A DNA stretch of 64,000 nucleotides from contig JBNRSN020000016.1 of the NCBI GenBank assembly GCA_051313645.2, positions 47,988,001 to 48,052,000 on the forward strand, read 5' to 3'. The notes under the pieces were generated by a model. The model did no database searches and was not told the DNA's origin. It saw nothing but the letters and a program-made list of their open reading frames with translations. The translations under genes were made by a program, and so were the position numbers. The first letter of the stretch is position 1, and every line of letters starts with the position of its first letter. Of the stretch, positions 36,920 through 50,400 are shown piece by piece. The DNA is from Centroscyllium fabricii (lineage: Eukaryota).

Positions 36920-38488
36920 ACATAGATACATAGATACATAGATGATAGGAGCAGGAGTAGGCCATTCGGCCCTTCGAGCCTGCTCCGCCATTCATTGAGA
37001 TCATGGCTGATCCTTCAGTTCAGTATCCCGTCCCTGCCTTCTCTCCGTAACCTTTAACCCCTTTTGCCTGCAGAAATATATCTAATTCCCTCTTAAATAT
37101 ATTTAATGAGCTGGCGTCCACTGCCCTCTGTGGCAGTGAGTTCCACAGGTTCACCACTCTCTGGGTGAAGAAATTCCTCCTCATCTCTGTCCTAAATGGT
37201 TTAGCCCTTATCCTTAAACTGTGTCCCCTAGTTCTGTACTCTCCTGCCATCGGAAACATTCCTTCTGCATCTAGTCTGTCCAGGCCTGTCAGAATTTTAT
37301 ATGTTTCTATGAGATCCCCTCTCAATCTTCTAAACTCCAGTGTGTACATCCCCAAACTACATAGTCTCTCCTCATAGGTCATTCCTGCCATTCCTGGTAT
37401 CAGCCTGGTGAATCGCCGCTGCACTCCTTCCATGGCAAGAACATCCTTCCTCAGATGAGGCGACCAAAACTGCACACAGTACTCGAGGTGTGGTCTCACC
37501 AGTGCCCTGTACAGCTGTAGTAAGGTGTCCTTGTTCCTGTATTCTAACCCTTTTGATATGAAGGCCAGCATACCATTTGCCTTCCTGACCGCCTGTTGCA
37601 CCTGCATGCTCGCCTTCAATGACTGGTGCACAAGAACACCCAGGTCTCTCTGTACTTCCCCATCTCCCAATCTATTGCCATTTAAATAATAATTTGCCCT
37701 CCCGTTTTTGCCCCCAAGGTGGATAACTTCACACTTATCCACATTATAGTGCATTTGCCATGTATCTGCCCAGTCCCCCAATTTGTCCAAATCGCTCTGG
37801 AGCTTCCTGATCTCTTCTTCTGAGCCTACCCCCCCCTCCTAGTTTAGTGTCGTCTGCGAATTTGGAGATGCTGCATCCGATTCCCTGATCTAGGTCATTA
37901 ATATAAATTGTGAACAGCTGGGGACCCAGGACAGATCCCTGAGGTACCCCACTTGTTACTGCCTGCCATTCAGAAAATGAGCCGTTTAATCCAACTCTCT
38001 GTTTTCTATCTGCCAGCCAGTTCTCTATCCACGTCAATACTTTTCCCCTTATCCCATGAGCCTTGATTTTACATGCTAATCTTTTATGTGGGACCTTATC
38101 GAAGGCTTTTTGGAAGTCCAGGTACACCACATCTACTGGCTCTCCCCCATCTATTTTACCAGTTACTTCCTCAAAGAATTCCAATAGATTCGTCAAGCAC
38201 GATTTACCTTTTGTAAATCCATGTTGACTCTGTCCTATCCTGTCCCCATTTGCCAAGTGCTCTGCTATTACATCCTTAATGATGGACTCTAGTATTTTGC
38301 CCACCACCGATGTAAGGCTTACAGGTCTGTAATTACCCGCTTTTTCCCTACCCCCCTTTTTAAATAGTGGGGTAACGTTAGCTACCCTCCAATCCATGGG
38401 CACTGTTCCCGAGTCTATCGAATTCTGGAAAATTATCCTTAAAGCATCTGCTATCTCTAGGGCCACCTCCTTGAGTACCCTAGGATGC
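36920..38488 (-). mobile_element. Young CR1 (HER1-like) LINE, 5'-truncated, RT with one frameshift
   Basis: ORFs 37744-38488 and 37020-37790: [36 protein letters not shown]; TSD aactt at 36915-36919 and 38489-38493. Confidence 0.95.
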
Positions 38489-39549
38489 AACTTGAAGCTG
38501 GACACCCTTTCCACCTCAGCCCCTTGGATGAAGATGGGGGTGTGTCTTCTGCTTTCAGTCCTCCGGAAGTCCACTATGATCTCCTTGGTTTTCTTGGTGT
38601 TCAGTGCCAGGTTGTTGTTGGCACATCATCCCACAAGGCGCTGGATCTCATCCCTGTAGGCTGACTCATCGTTGTTGGTGATCTGGCCAACCACCGTGGT
38701 GTCGTCCGCAAACCTGATGATCGTGTTGGAGCCATGGACAGCCGCACAGTCGTGAGTGAAGAGGGAGTAGGAGTGGGCTCAGCACACAGCCTTGTGGGGC
38801 CCCTGTGTTCAGGGTAAGGGGGGGGAGGTGAGGTTGAGGAGTTTGGTAGACAATTTGCTGGGGATGATGGTGTTGAATGCTGAGCTGTAGTCAATAAACT
38901 ACAAAAAACAGCATTCTGATATACGTATCTTTGCTATCCAGGTGGTTTAGTGCAGAGTGAAGAGCCGTAGTGATAGCATCTTCCATTGATCTGTTTCCTC
39001 GATAGGCGAACTGGTATTGGTCCAGGGCGGCGGGGACGCTGGCTTTGATGTGGGCCAGGACCAGCCGCTCGAAACACTTCATGATTATGGGTGTGAGTGC
39101 GACAGGGCTGATGGTGGCAGTCTTGAAGCAGGTAGGGACAGCTGCCTTCGCCAGTGACAGGTTGAAGATGTCAGTGAAGACCTCAGCCAGTTGGTCGGTA
39201 CAGTCTTTGAGTGCCCGGCCGGGGATGCCGTCAGGACCCGCGGCCTTCCGTGCGTTCACTCCACGTAGAGCACCTCTTATGTCGGAGGAGGACAGTGTTA
39301 GTGGCTGGTCCTCCGGAGCAGGACTTTGGTGGCTGGCTCCCTGTTGTCCCTGTCGAAGCGAGCGTAGAAGTTGTTGAGTTCCTCCGGTAGGGAGGCATCG
39401 CTGGTCGGGGGGCTGGTGTTTTTGCACTTTTAGTCCGTGATGGACTGTATGCCTTGCCACATACGCCGAGGGTCCGCGTTGTTGTGGAAGTGTTCCTCTA
39501 TCTTCAGTGTCTGATTTCATTTGGCAGACCTGATACCCCTCTTTAGGTT

Positions 39550-39843
39550 AATAATAATTCAACTTTATTGTCATTATACAATGTACAAGTACATGAACAA
39601 CGAAATGTGATCTTGCAAACTCCCAAGAGTCCAGCAAAGCCGCTGCATCTGTGCGCGCCGCCATTCCATCTTTCCATCATTCCGACAATCTTCAGCCAAC
39701 CGCCCCTCCCCGGGGCTCCTTTCGTGACCTTCTGCACCTGGTATTCCCTGGTGGTCACCCATCCAAGTACTAACCAGGCCTGGCCCTGCTTAGCTTCCAA
39801 GCCTTGTCAGTGACCCTGTCCCTTGTCCCAGGAGCAGGGCTCC
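39550..39843 (-). mobile_element. 5S-derived SINE with Rex1-like tail, copy 3 (inserted in Rex1)
   Basis: Same sequence as copies 1 and 2; aggtt repeated on both sides. Confidence 0.88.
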
Positions 39844-41548
39844 TAATAAAGGTTGGCCCTGGCTGTGCTGTAAGCCGCCACATCCCCAGATTTGAAAGCT
39901 GCGTCATGTGCCTTCAGCAGCCAGCGGACCTCGCCGTTCATCCAGGGTTTCTGGTTGGGTAATGTCTTGATGGTTTTTTGGGTAGTGACCACCTCGACAC
40001 AGCTGTTGATGTAAAAAAGCACTGTGGATGCGTATTCCTCGATGTCCGTGTGAGCGAACATGCTCCATTCCGTGCGTTTGAAGCAGTCTTGTAGCTCTGA
40101 GACTGTTCCTTCTGGCCATACCCTGACTGTTTTGGCTGGAGCTTTCACCCTTTTGATGAGTGGTTTGTATGCTGGGGCGAGGAACAGTGAAAGGTGGTCG
40201 GACTTCCCGAGGTGGGGCCACGGGATGGCTTTGTAAGCCTCTGCGATGTTGGTGTAGACCTGGTCCAGCATGTTCTCACCCCTCGTGGGTGCAGGAACAA
40301 ATCATTGTGTTGGGTACAGGAACAAATTACAATATGATCAGAATCTTCCGTTTGTTTTCTTAATGAGTTACTTGAGTTTGGCGCATGGTTTATGCAAATT
40401 GTACTCCAGATGTTTCAATTTTTCCAAAGTTAGCCATTATTTACCATTTTCTGTTTAGCTCTTACCCATTTAGTGATTTGTCTTTTTCCAAATGATTTTT
40501 CTAGTTTGCAGAATGAACAGTTCAATACCTATGCCAGCAGCAAGTCAATCTGAACGCCCTGAAACAATGACATATCCATAAGCTGTAAGAGCATTGTACT
40601 GCCGGCAGTCAACTTGTGATGTAGCAATAGATACACATACCGTGCAAATAGTAGAAGTTGTCCGTAGCCCTTTTGTTTTAGAAACTTGATGTGGGGCACT
40701 TTTCAACCATTCGGAGTGAAAATTCTTCTGTGTGGTGGTACCCAGGTCAAACCAGTATCCCTACAGAGTGGAACACTTATCCAGCACAAGAATATTAATA
40801 ATATTGCCCTTCCTGCAGAGTGTATTTTGTTACGGTAATCAACCTTCTTGATTTGGTTATGATGGATATCTTCATTATGAACGCATAAAAAAGAGGATTG
40901 GAAAAGACCAGCTGGTTCATCAAGTTGGTCCCGAACCATATGGTGCAACCTGTTCACACCATGTTCTCTAACTCTCTCTCTCCCTGTCTCTCTCTATCTC
41001 TCTCTCTCTCACACACACACATGCAATCTCCTGGGAGAGGTAACAAAAACAAAAAGAAAATTTGGAAAAATTAGGGAAAAACGCTGGGAAATCCCTCTCC
41101 GACTCCTGTGGGCAATCAAACACACTCCAGGGGATCACGATGACGGAGGCCAGTGTCGCTGTCAACCCACCTAGCTTTTGTAATTCAAGATCAACGTCAC
41201 TGTTTGTGACGTAACAGACTTCTATATATAAAAAAGACTTTTTATAACCCACTTCTGATGATTGTCACTTGTTGATTGGGGCATCTTCCTCATTCAAGTC
41301 ATCAAATGTAGCCCTTCCTATAAATTGGAAACTTAAAAGAAAGTACTTAGAGTAACTCTATTTCCATAAACAGTGATCAGTGTAAAGACTTATTCTGCAT
41401 TGAGCTCTGGCATAGATGCACAGATTACACCTACCTCTCTGTGATAAAAAACAAGTTTGCAGTCGGAGGTGATGATTAGCGCCAGACACTAATCGTAGCG
41501 CCCGGCTGATAATTGCGCCCCAAACGGGGCGATACTGAATTTCTCCCC

Positions 41549-42240
41549 CATAGAATTATACAGCACAGAAAGAGGCCCTTCGGCCCATCGTGTCCGCGCC
41601 GGCCATCAAGCCCTGTCTATTCTAATCCCATTTTCCAGCACTTGGTCCGTAGCCTTGTATGCTATGGCGTTTCAAGTGCTCATCCAAATGCTTCTTGAAT
41701 GTTGAGGGTTCCTTCCTTTACCACCCTTTCAGGCAGTGAGTTCCAGATTCCAACCACCCTCTGGGTGAAAAAGTTCTCCCTCAAATCCCCTCTAAACCTC
41801 CCGCCCCTTACCTTGAAACTATGCCCCCTGTTTATTGACCCCTCCACTAAGGGAAAAAGTTCCTTTCTATCTATCCTATCTCTGCCCCTAATAATTTTGT
41901 ACACCTCAATCAGGTCCCCCCTCAGCTTTCTCTGCTCCAAGGAAAGCAACCCCAGCCTGTCCAGTCTCTCTTCATAGTTGAAGCGCTCCAGCCCAGGTAA
42001 CATCCCGGTGAATCTCCTCTGCACCCTCTCCAAAGCAATCACATCCTTCCTATAGTGTGGCGACCAGAACTGCACACAGTATTCCAGCTGTGGCCTAACT
42101 AGCGTTTTGTAGAGCACCATCGTAACCTCCCTGCTCTTGCCTTCATTAGCCGAGGCATAGCATATAAGTATCCCATATGCCTTTTAAACCACCTTATCTA
42201 CCTGCCCATTGCCTTCAGGGATCTATGTACATGCACACTC
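41549..42240 (-). mobile_element. CR1 3' fragment
   Basis: ORF 41680-42120 LYKTLVRPQLEYCVQFWSPHYRKD...FFTQRVV; same subfamily as 31304. Confidence 0.92.
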
Positions 42241-42936
42241 CACTTCCCACTCCAAATCCCAAAATTTCCTATGACCACCCCTCCTAAGTCTTTATATGTA
42301 GCTGCACCTCTGGACTTGAGTTTATTTACAGTTCCTACACTTTGCAGTTTCTGTGTGTCCCATTCTTCATACAGCTGTACTTTATTTTAGAAAACATGTT
42401 GTAGATTCCCACCTATTTGAAATACAAAAACATGTAATGATCCATTTTGACCTTCATTAATTAGCACCATCTATGGCCATTGTAAATTAATACAGGGTAG
42501 TACATATTCATAGTACGTATTCTTTTATATAGCGTACCTGTGTATTTTTAAACTAAAGAAAGGATGCACCCATAAACAGAATCAAATCCTCTCTACACAC
42601 ACACACAGAGTGAATGTTGACCATAATATCAAAATATAATTTTGTGGACTGGACAGTTTATCTAAGAAGAACAGGTAAATGAGATTTTCATGCCTTAATG
42701 TAACTGTTGCAGTTAAGCATTAGTTCAAGTGCATGTCGGAAAAGCCCCTTTGCTGAGAAATACTGTACGTGGAAGCTCATTTAATTGAACAGTGATACTT
42801 AATTGAATGGTGTTTAAAAAGCTATCTGCCTCCCATGAGTCAATCTGCAGCTAGATTCTTTAACAAAGTATAAAGCAGAACCAGTAAATAAGGGCTGATT
42901 TTGGAAACTATATTCTTCAAGGTGTGAGCTTGGTTA

Positions 42937-43530
42937 AGGCCCTGTCACACCTAGACGTTTTAGCCAGCGTATGCAAATTTGGCTAAAACGCTGAACTTTT
43001 GACCTTTTTTTTCAGTTTTGGGCGTATAATAGCGTATTCATAACGTATTGGACGTATGCATAACGTATTAGTAACGTACACAGAGCGTATCAATAACTTA
43101 CAGATAACTTATACCAACGAATGCTTAGCGTTCACAACTTATGCCCAACGATAGTCTAACGTATGCATAGCGCGCGGCAGCGTATCGCCGACGTTTTAGA
43201 TAAATTTTGATAAATTGGAAAACGCTAGCTTAAATCGTCAAGGTGTGACAGGGCATGACAGGGGCAAGGTAATGTGTGTTCAACGATCGCCTAACGTGCC
43301 TACAACGTATGGCCAGCGTATGTGGAACGTAGAAATTGTAACATTGATACGTCGTGATTTTTTGTGCATGCACAAAAAATCACGACTTAAACGACGTATA
43401 CAACCTATGGCCAGCGTATGCCAACGTGCTCTTAACGTCTGCATAACGTACCCATAACGTATCCGACGTAACCCGGCGTATGAGCCAAATTTGCATACGC
43501 TGGCTTAATCGTCTAGGTGTGACAGGGCCT
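42937..43530. mobile_element. PIF/Harbinger-type MITE, copy 2
   Basis: TIR aggccctgtcacacctagacg; TTA TSD at 42934-42936 and 43531-43533. Confidence 0.9.
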
Positions 43531-44088
43531 TTAGTTAAAAATATGTTCTGGGGCTTTTACTGACCTGAACACATTTTTGCAGCATTTTATTATTGAGGCC
43601 TGAAATGTAGGGCCTGGCAGCTGACGTATCCTTCACATTAACTGCTAGAGATTCAAAGAGGGAGCAAAGAGTATGACCTCATCAGCTTAGCATCTGGGAA
43701 TGGCTTGTTGCTGAGTCATAATAGTAACTGGGTTTGGTGTAAGACCACAAGTTCAACTTTTCTGTATCTATCTTTGGACTGAAGGGATAAAATAACTGAA
43801 GCAGTTTGAGACCGGTGAGGTTTGTGAGTGGAGCACAATGGGATGTGGCAGCATTGCATCAATGTACTGTGCAAGACAAGGAAGCGACTGGCTTTAATAT
43901 GGACAAACTCAAATTCAGAAGTGTTTGTGCAAAACAGTAATAAGAAATTTACAAAATTATCAGTAAGTTTCTAATTAACAACACAATGGTACAGTACGTT
44001 AAGTTCCTTAGGTAGTTCAATATGTTAAAGGCTCTGTATAAATGCATGTTGCTGTTTTATAGTCTATTGTTTACTGAAGCAAACATTA

Positions 44089-45825
44089 TGGGCTGGATGT
44101 TACCAACCTCGGCGGGTCCGTGACGGGTGACATCAGCGGCGGGTCCCAGCCTCACTGCCGACTTCATCGTGCTGTCCAAAATGATTTCCCCCTGATTGGC
44201 CTTGTTAAGCCCACCCAGCGTGTTTGCCAGCCAATTAGAGGACGCTGGTGTGATGATGTCATTTGATGACATGTCATCAGCCAGTTTCCTTAAAGGGACC
44301 ATACACAAATTGATTTTGACATTATTGCTTTCAGTGTTCTACAGCATTGAGGTGCTGCAAACACTGACAAGCACTGCACAGAGATGCACGGCTGCACGCA
44401 GGCTCTCCTATGACTCCTTCCATATGCTTATGGAGGGAGTCACAGTACACAGGGAGGTTCTCTTCCCTTCCAATGAGCGGGAGAGACCTCCCCAGGAGAC
44501 CAACGCAGCCTGGTTGCACATTTCACAGGAGGATACAAGCAGGGATGTTGTCAGGGGTCCCTGGCTGCAGTGGCGCAAACCTTTCAATGATCTCAGTAGA
44601 TCACAAAACGTTACTGCAAATCCACACTCAACCTCATCCTGCTGTGCCACTCATCACATCCCCATCACTCTGCCTTCCCTACCCTACTCCTGCACATCCT
44701 TACTCACACCAACTTACCTTGCACCTCCACCCATCCCTCTCTATCTACATGATCACTTCCCCATCTCACTAGCCACCCCTCACTAGCCACCCCTCACATG
44801 CACACTCATCCTAGTGCAATCATACCAAGTAACAACACACAAGGGTAGCCACTTGGGTGTTTTATGCAACGTTTATGTAAAGTTTCTGTTAATGTGGTGT
44901 CAAACATTGAAACCTTTATTTTGAACACAATTTCTTGGATAGATTTGTGTGCACCTTTGGGCGTGACTTAGTGAGTTGCAGTGAATGGTGAGACATAACA
45001 GTACCTGTTACAGCAATGCTGATGTGTGTGAATGGAATGGCTTGGACATTGTAGGGATGCTTTATGGTGTTGGTGTGGGATGGTGCCAACCTGGTGCATC
45101 ATGCAGCGTCAAGTGAACTAAATGTGGCCATGATGAGGCCGCTGCCCCCCCCCGCAGGCAGCAATGTGGTCAGGTGCTGATGCCCTGTGTCCTGTGCAGC
45201 ATAAGTTGATTATGGAGAAGGTTGGTGTTGTTGCTGCTGGTGTGCGTGGTGCCGCTGGTGGTGGAATTCTGAGGACCAAGGTGAGACAGTATAAACCGTA
45301 CCCATTCTGATGTACTAGATGGCAGGTGAACTTGAGAGGTTGTTCCAATGAAGTGACACTGGATAGAGAGTTTGCGCCAAACACTTGCAAGCTGCATAAA
45401 GCTCAATCTGTCTTCCAAATGCAGTAAGCAACAGCTTCTGAGCTTGGATTGTGAACAGCTGCGAGATGGGAGCTTTCATACCACATTTTCAGCTGTCAAG
45501 CAATCAGATGATTCCATGGCCATTCAACTCCCGACCTCCTTACCCGACATGATCCCTGAGCAGTGTGGACCCCGTGGGCGAGCTGGTAAACTCTGAAGGT
45601 GAGCTGAAAATAGTTCTTAATGCTGTGTTAACAAAGTCATAATGACCTGAATTGCCTCCCCTGCCACTGCATGTCGGGTCTGCTCAACGATGACAGACCT
45701 GACATTTGGGAAAGGCACGTGGCAGCGGGTTGACAGCGAGGTACCGACCTGTTGTCGAGAAAACATTTTTTTCCCACCTGACCCGCCACTGATGGTGCCC
45801 ACTGACACCCTGGAAATCACCCCCT
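44089..45825. mobile_element. Degenerate Harbinger element with Myb/SANT gene remnant
   Basis: Weak TIRs tgggctggat / gaaatcaccccct; 44391-44604 (+) encodes LSYDSFHMLMEGVTVHREVLFP...AAWLHI...WLQWRKPFNDL, a Myb/SANT-like trihelix typical of Harbinger ORF2. Confidence 0.7.
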
Positions 45826-46507
45826 CCCTATATGTTTTAGTATTTCAAATGTATTTAATCATTTTCTAGTCCTTTGTGTCTCTGGAGATCTTGAGAGTAG
45901 CTCCTCCCCAGATTGCGAGCACTGCTAAAGATGGAGCGGATCAGCTTTGGTGGTTCTTTTTCCCACTTTTTGTATTGTGTTCACATCCTTGGTTTATGCC
46001 ATCACTTGGCCTTTCAATTGAAGGTTTTATATTATGCATAAATTCTCAGCTTATCATAGGGCACACCGCTTGTGCCTGGCTTGGTAACGTTCTGTTTTAC
46101 TGTGACATTGTTCTCATCCAGGTGAACTTGGACCCATTTTAATGCACACTGGCATCATTTGGAGTTGAATTCTGTCCAGTTTGTGTTGGCCAACAGACAA
46201 GCATATTCAATCTGATTGGAGTTCCAGGTTCAAACAGAGCCAGGAAAGTGTGATGGCTGTTTTTTGGTTCCTTCTGACCCACACCTTACCTGCCCCAGAG
46301 AGATGTCGAGTACCTTGACTCAATGGGCATCAAAGCACCGACCGCAAATCCACATTTAGTCACCTTTATTACTGTTAGTCGCATTGGATGTTTTCATTCC
46401 TAGCCACATTCCAGTCTTAATCTGAAATTCCATTCGTTTTGCAAAGAAAGTGTTCTCCCTGTACATTCAGACTTCAATTTTCAAGCCGCTGTACGGATTG
46501 CATTGTA

Positions 46508-46971
46508 CAGGTTGAGCACCGTTAATCCGGACACCGTTTGTCCGGCAACTTCAAACGTCCGGCACGAATCTGTCAGACTGGTGCGCGCATGCGCAAAATG
46601 GCCACCGCCCTTGGCTGCGCATACCCAGGCCTCTCCCCGACTGATCTGCACATGCGCAAAATGGCCGCCGCGCGTGGCTGCGCATGCCCAGGCCTCTGCC
46701 TGACTGCCCTGCGCATGCGCAAAATGGTCACCGTGCGTGGCTGCGCATGCCCGGGCCTCCCCGATTGGTCTGCGTCTGCGCAATATGGCCACCGCGCTTG
46801 GCTGCGCATGCCCAGGCCTCTCAGTGAGCGCATGCGCAGACCATTCAAAATTTCGCGCCGGCCATTTTGACTGGTCTGCGCATGCGCTCGCCGAACTTCA
46901 ATCATTCGGATTTTTCAAAAATTTGGCACGGTCCTGGTCCCGACCGTGCCAGATTAACGAAGCTCAACCTG
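46508..46971. mobile_element. pogo/Tigger-like MITE, different internal sequence with ~63-bp repeats
   Basis: TA-caggttgagcaccgttaatccgg ... ccagattaacgaagctcaacctg; units start at 46585, 46648, 46711, 46772. Confidence 0.85.
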
Positions 46972-47118
46972 CATCCTGGATGCTTTAGTTTGAACTGGCT
47001 GCTGTACTGTGTCATTTAGCTGGGTCATTATTTCATGTGCAGTGTGACAATGCCGAGAGGCTATATTATCAAATTTTAAACAACATATCACCTTGTCACT
47101 AACTTCTGACCCATAAGA

Positions 47119-47480
47119 CAGCGGTCCCCAACCGCCGGTCCGGTGCCGGTCCGCTGGAAATTTTTACCGGGCCGCGGAAGGGTCTGTGCCTTGGCACATG
47201 CGCAGATCATTCGCCGACGGAAGATGTTTAACGAGGCACAGACGGAAGACAGCCCACCCCCCCGGTCAGGCCAAAAAACTCCGGCACCCCCCCCCCCCCC
47301 CGGTCAGTCAAAAAAACTCTGCCAGCCCCCCCCTCCCCCCCTGGTGAGTGAAAGAAACTTCGCCAGCACCCTCCCCCCGGTCAGTCCCAAAAACTCCGCC
47401 AGCACCCCCCCCCCCCCGGTCCGTGAAAAAATTGACAAGCCCAAAATGGTCCGCGGTCCAAAAAAGGTTGGGGACCCCTG
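47119..47480. mobile_element. hAT MITE, copy 2 (opposite orientation to 13955)
   Basis: TIR cagcggtccccaacc / ggttggggacccctg; exact TSD ccataaga. Confidence 0.92.
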
Positions 47481-50400
47481 CCATAAGACATACACAAGTG
47501 AAAGATAGAGTACAGGAAAAATAGCACGACAATCACTTTCCAATAACCTGCTTTTTTTCCAAGTGGCTGTTGGGATTTCTGAAATACTGTTAACATGAGA
47601 AACAATGAAAAGTTTTATGGATTTTAGAAGGAGCCCAAATTAGAACTGCGCCAGGCAGAGTTACACCAGAATAAGGAGCCAGGAATTTCGACACAAGTGG
47701 GGACAGAGCTGTCTGTGGAAGTACACTCCAGCTTGGTCCGATTGGGATCAACTATTCTTTTCTACTTCAGCTGCTAATAGTCTTACACTGATCAACAATT
47801 GTGACCTATTGCATACTGTAATTCAATAGTTCTAGAAATATTTGGATAAAAAGTTGGGTGCTGAGACCCTGTCTTACAAATTTACAGTGGGGCAGGTGAT
47901 AAACCCAGTATTAAGTGAAGGTGTTAACCACAGGATTCAGTCCTATGTCCTCGACTTTCCGTTTCCCTTCTTGTTTATTTCTGCTGGGGAAGGGCCTTTG
48001 TATGTAACTGAAGTCACTGCAACACCCTGACAATATAGTATAACAATAAGAATAAAGAAAGAAGGTGACTTTTAATCCACGCATGTAACCAAATGCTGCT
48101 ATCTATTATATTGGGAAAAATAGGCTGATAATTATGGGCCTCTTTGTTCCTTCCCCTGTGTGTTTTTTTTTCTTGCCTCTGGTGTACCCTATTGTGAATA
48201 TGTACCTTATAATTATTCCCCATTAAGACGATACAAGACAATATTTTCTTCGGTGTGCATGGAATAGGATCCCTTTAATGAATGGCTTTTAGAGACAAGG
48301 CCGGAAAAAATGCAGGAAACCTGGTCACCTGAGATGAGTGTGTCAGGGCAGGCAGCTCGCAGATCAGAATGAGGCCCCCCGGGACAAACTGGTTAGAGGC
48401 CACGGAGCTGAATCAGTGGGCTTCAAAGGACTTAGACATACTTTATTCAGGCGATCTCACACTGGTGAACTGTAGCCCTTCAACTTGATCCTCCAAATCA
48501 TTTGCATTGGTTTCAGGAAATGTCGCTGTCGGCTTTTGTCTCGACAGGATTCTGTACCTTGCTGCATAAAAAGGCAACATTCATATATTTTTTTTAATGA
48601 ACATTATTTGCCTTTTTGTTACTTTTAGATCGGCTTCATCTGTGGCCGGTTCAAAAAAATCTAATATATTTAATGGATCTATGATCATGATAATGTGTAA
48701 ATGTAAGTTATTCTGATATATATTTTTAGAAAATGCAGCACTCTGCTGCAGTGTGATTCTTTAAGAGTGGAAATTTAACAGAATTTCCTCACGGGGTAAG
48801 TTCCTGATCTCAGCCCAACCATCTCGGGGAGCAGCGGGGATTGCTCAACAGAGTGGGGTGCTTCCTCCAAGGGAAAAGGCGGGAAGGGAATCAAATACTG
48901 TGCAAACCTCAATTCTTAACAGCTGTTTCCTTAACCGGCAGTGCCTGAGGCCTGGGATCAGGTTGTCTGTTCACCAGCTCAACTGGGCTGTTTGGTGGCT
49001 ACAGTTGGCTAGTGACATAAAATATAACTGGAAAACTGTTGATCAATAGCATTAACTCGAAAGAGCCTTTGTCATGAATATACATTTTAATGAATTATAT
49101 ATTTTTGAAACATGTATCCCAGTGAGTTTGCTTACTAGAAGTGTTGGCCAGTGGCAGTGCCAGATAGTTTGTATCAAATGGTGAGGACAGTTAGAAGACT
49201 TTTACTAGCTTTACATGTAAAATCATCTGTAAAATACTGTTTCTGATGCCAGAGATTTACTGTTTCTATGAGCCTTTCTACTAAATCCATTGCTAAGCAT
49301 TTTTGTAATTTTGTGGAAATACTGCAATTTTGTTTCTTCAAAGTTCAGATCCATTCCAAGATGCAGCAGCAGTAAAACCTGTTGAGTCACTTGTGCAGAG
49401 TAAGTGACGAGCAGCTTTTAACTGTCATTCTCCTTCATTACAAAGAATAATTCTGTGTAGTTGAATTCCACCTGGATTAAGTTGCTGATTGACTTTTAAC
49501 AGTCAGAGTTGTTAATGGTTCAGTTTGCCTTCACCGTACCTGAAGTATAAAGGCATGGGAAATAGATAAATTGCTGTTTAGCATATACAACTTTTTCAAC
49601 ATCTTAATACAATTTAAAAAAGCAATTTTAAAAATGTAGTCACATTTACTAATGTTTGGGTGTGCATGTTTGTACAGTTCCACAATTGAATGGACCACCA
49701 GCCCTTGTTCGACCTCCTTCAAAATAGTTCGAACAAAATGTGTGCAACATCCTCATTAACTTATATTAGTCTTGTTATGGAAACTCCAAGTACTCGGGAG
49801 ACCTTTTAACCCTTGCCCTGCTAAATAAACGAGAACTGGATGTGGTTAGCACAACAACTGTTGTGGCTGTCGCTTTAAGAGTTGAGATAATCTTTCAGAA
49901 GATTGCCTCACATTTCAGATTCAGTTTTTCAGATGGCTCTAAATCTGCATCTTTTTAATAAAGTGTTATCTCTGATAAGGTTGTCTTCCATGGAATTGCA
50001 TCCAAGTGATATTTGTTGATGTTCTGTACAAGTGAGGACATTGAATGGTGATATCAAAAGGCTGGATTTATTGAACTCCTGTAGACATCACCCACAGCAC
50101 CAGATTTTGCTGTTTTCCTAATGCATTGATTTTCTGCCTTGGCTGTTTCATGAACACACAAACCTTTGTAACCTTGAGACCCATTTTGGTTTAGTTTAGT
50201 TGTGGAGTAAATTGAATAAGATTAGAGCGGAGCCTTTCTTTTAACCTGTCCACACGAGCTGTGGTGGCATCGCCACCTGTTGGATTACAGCCCATGCTTA
50301 CCTTGGATTGTTAGAACAAGGAGTATCCTAAGGCTATTGGAAGAATTCCCAGGCTGGAAGTGAAGTATTGTATCCAGCATAGGAAGTTTTATAAACTGCA

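Larger units (their letters stand above)
36312..40295 (-). mobile_element. Rex1/Babar-clade LINE, 5'-truncated, disrupted, with nested CR1 and 5S-SINE
   Basis: PTRGENMLDQVYTN..PHLGKSDH (APE end), [63 protein letters not shown]; (ttgaa)n tail. Confidence 0.9.

Noticed and set aside
37744-38574. Novel Rex1-CR1 fusion protein (also ORF 36431-36991)
   Set aside because: Chance in-frame junctions created by the CR1 insertion; truncated and frameshifted
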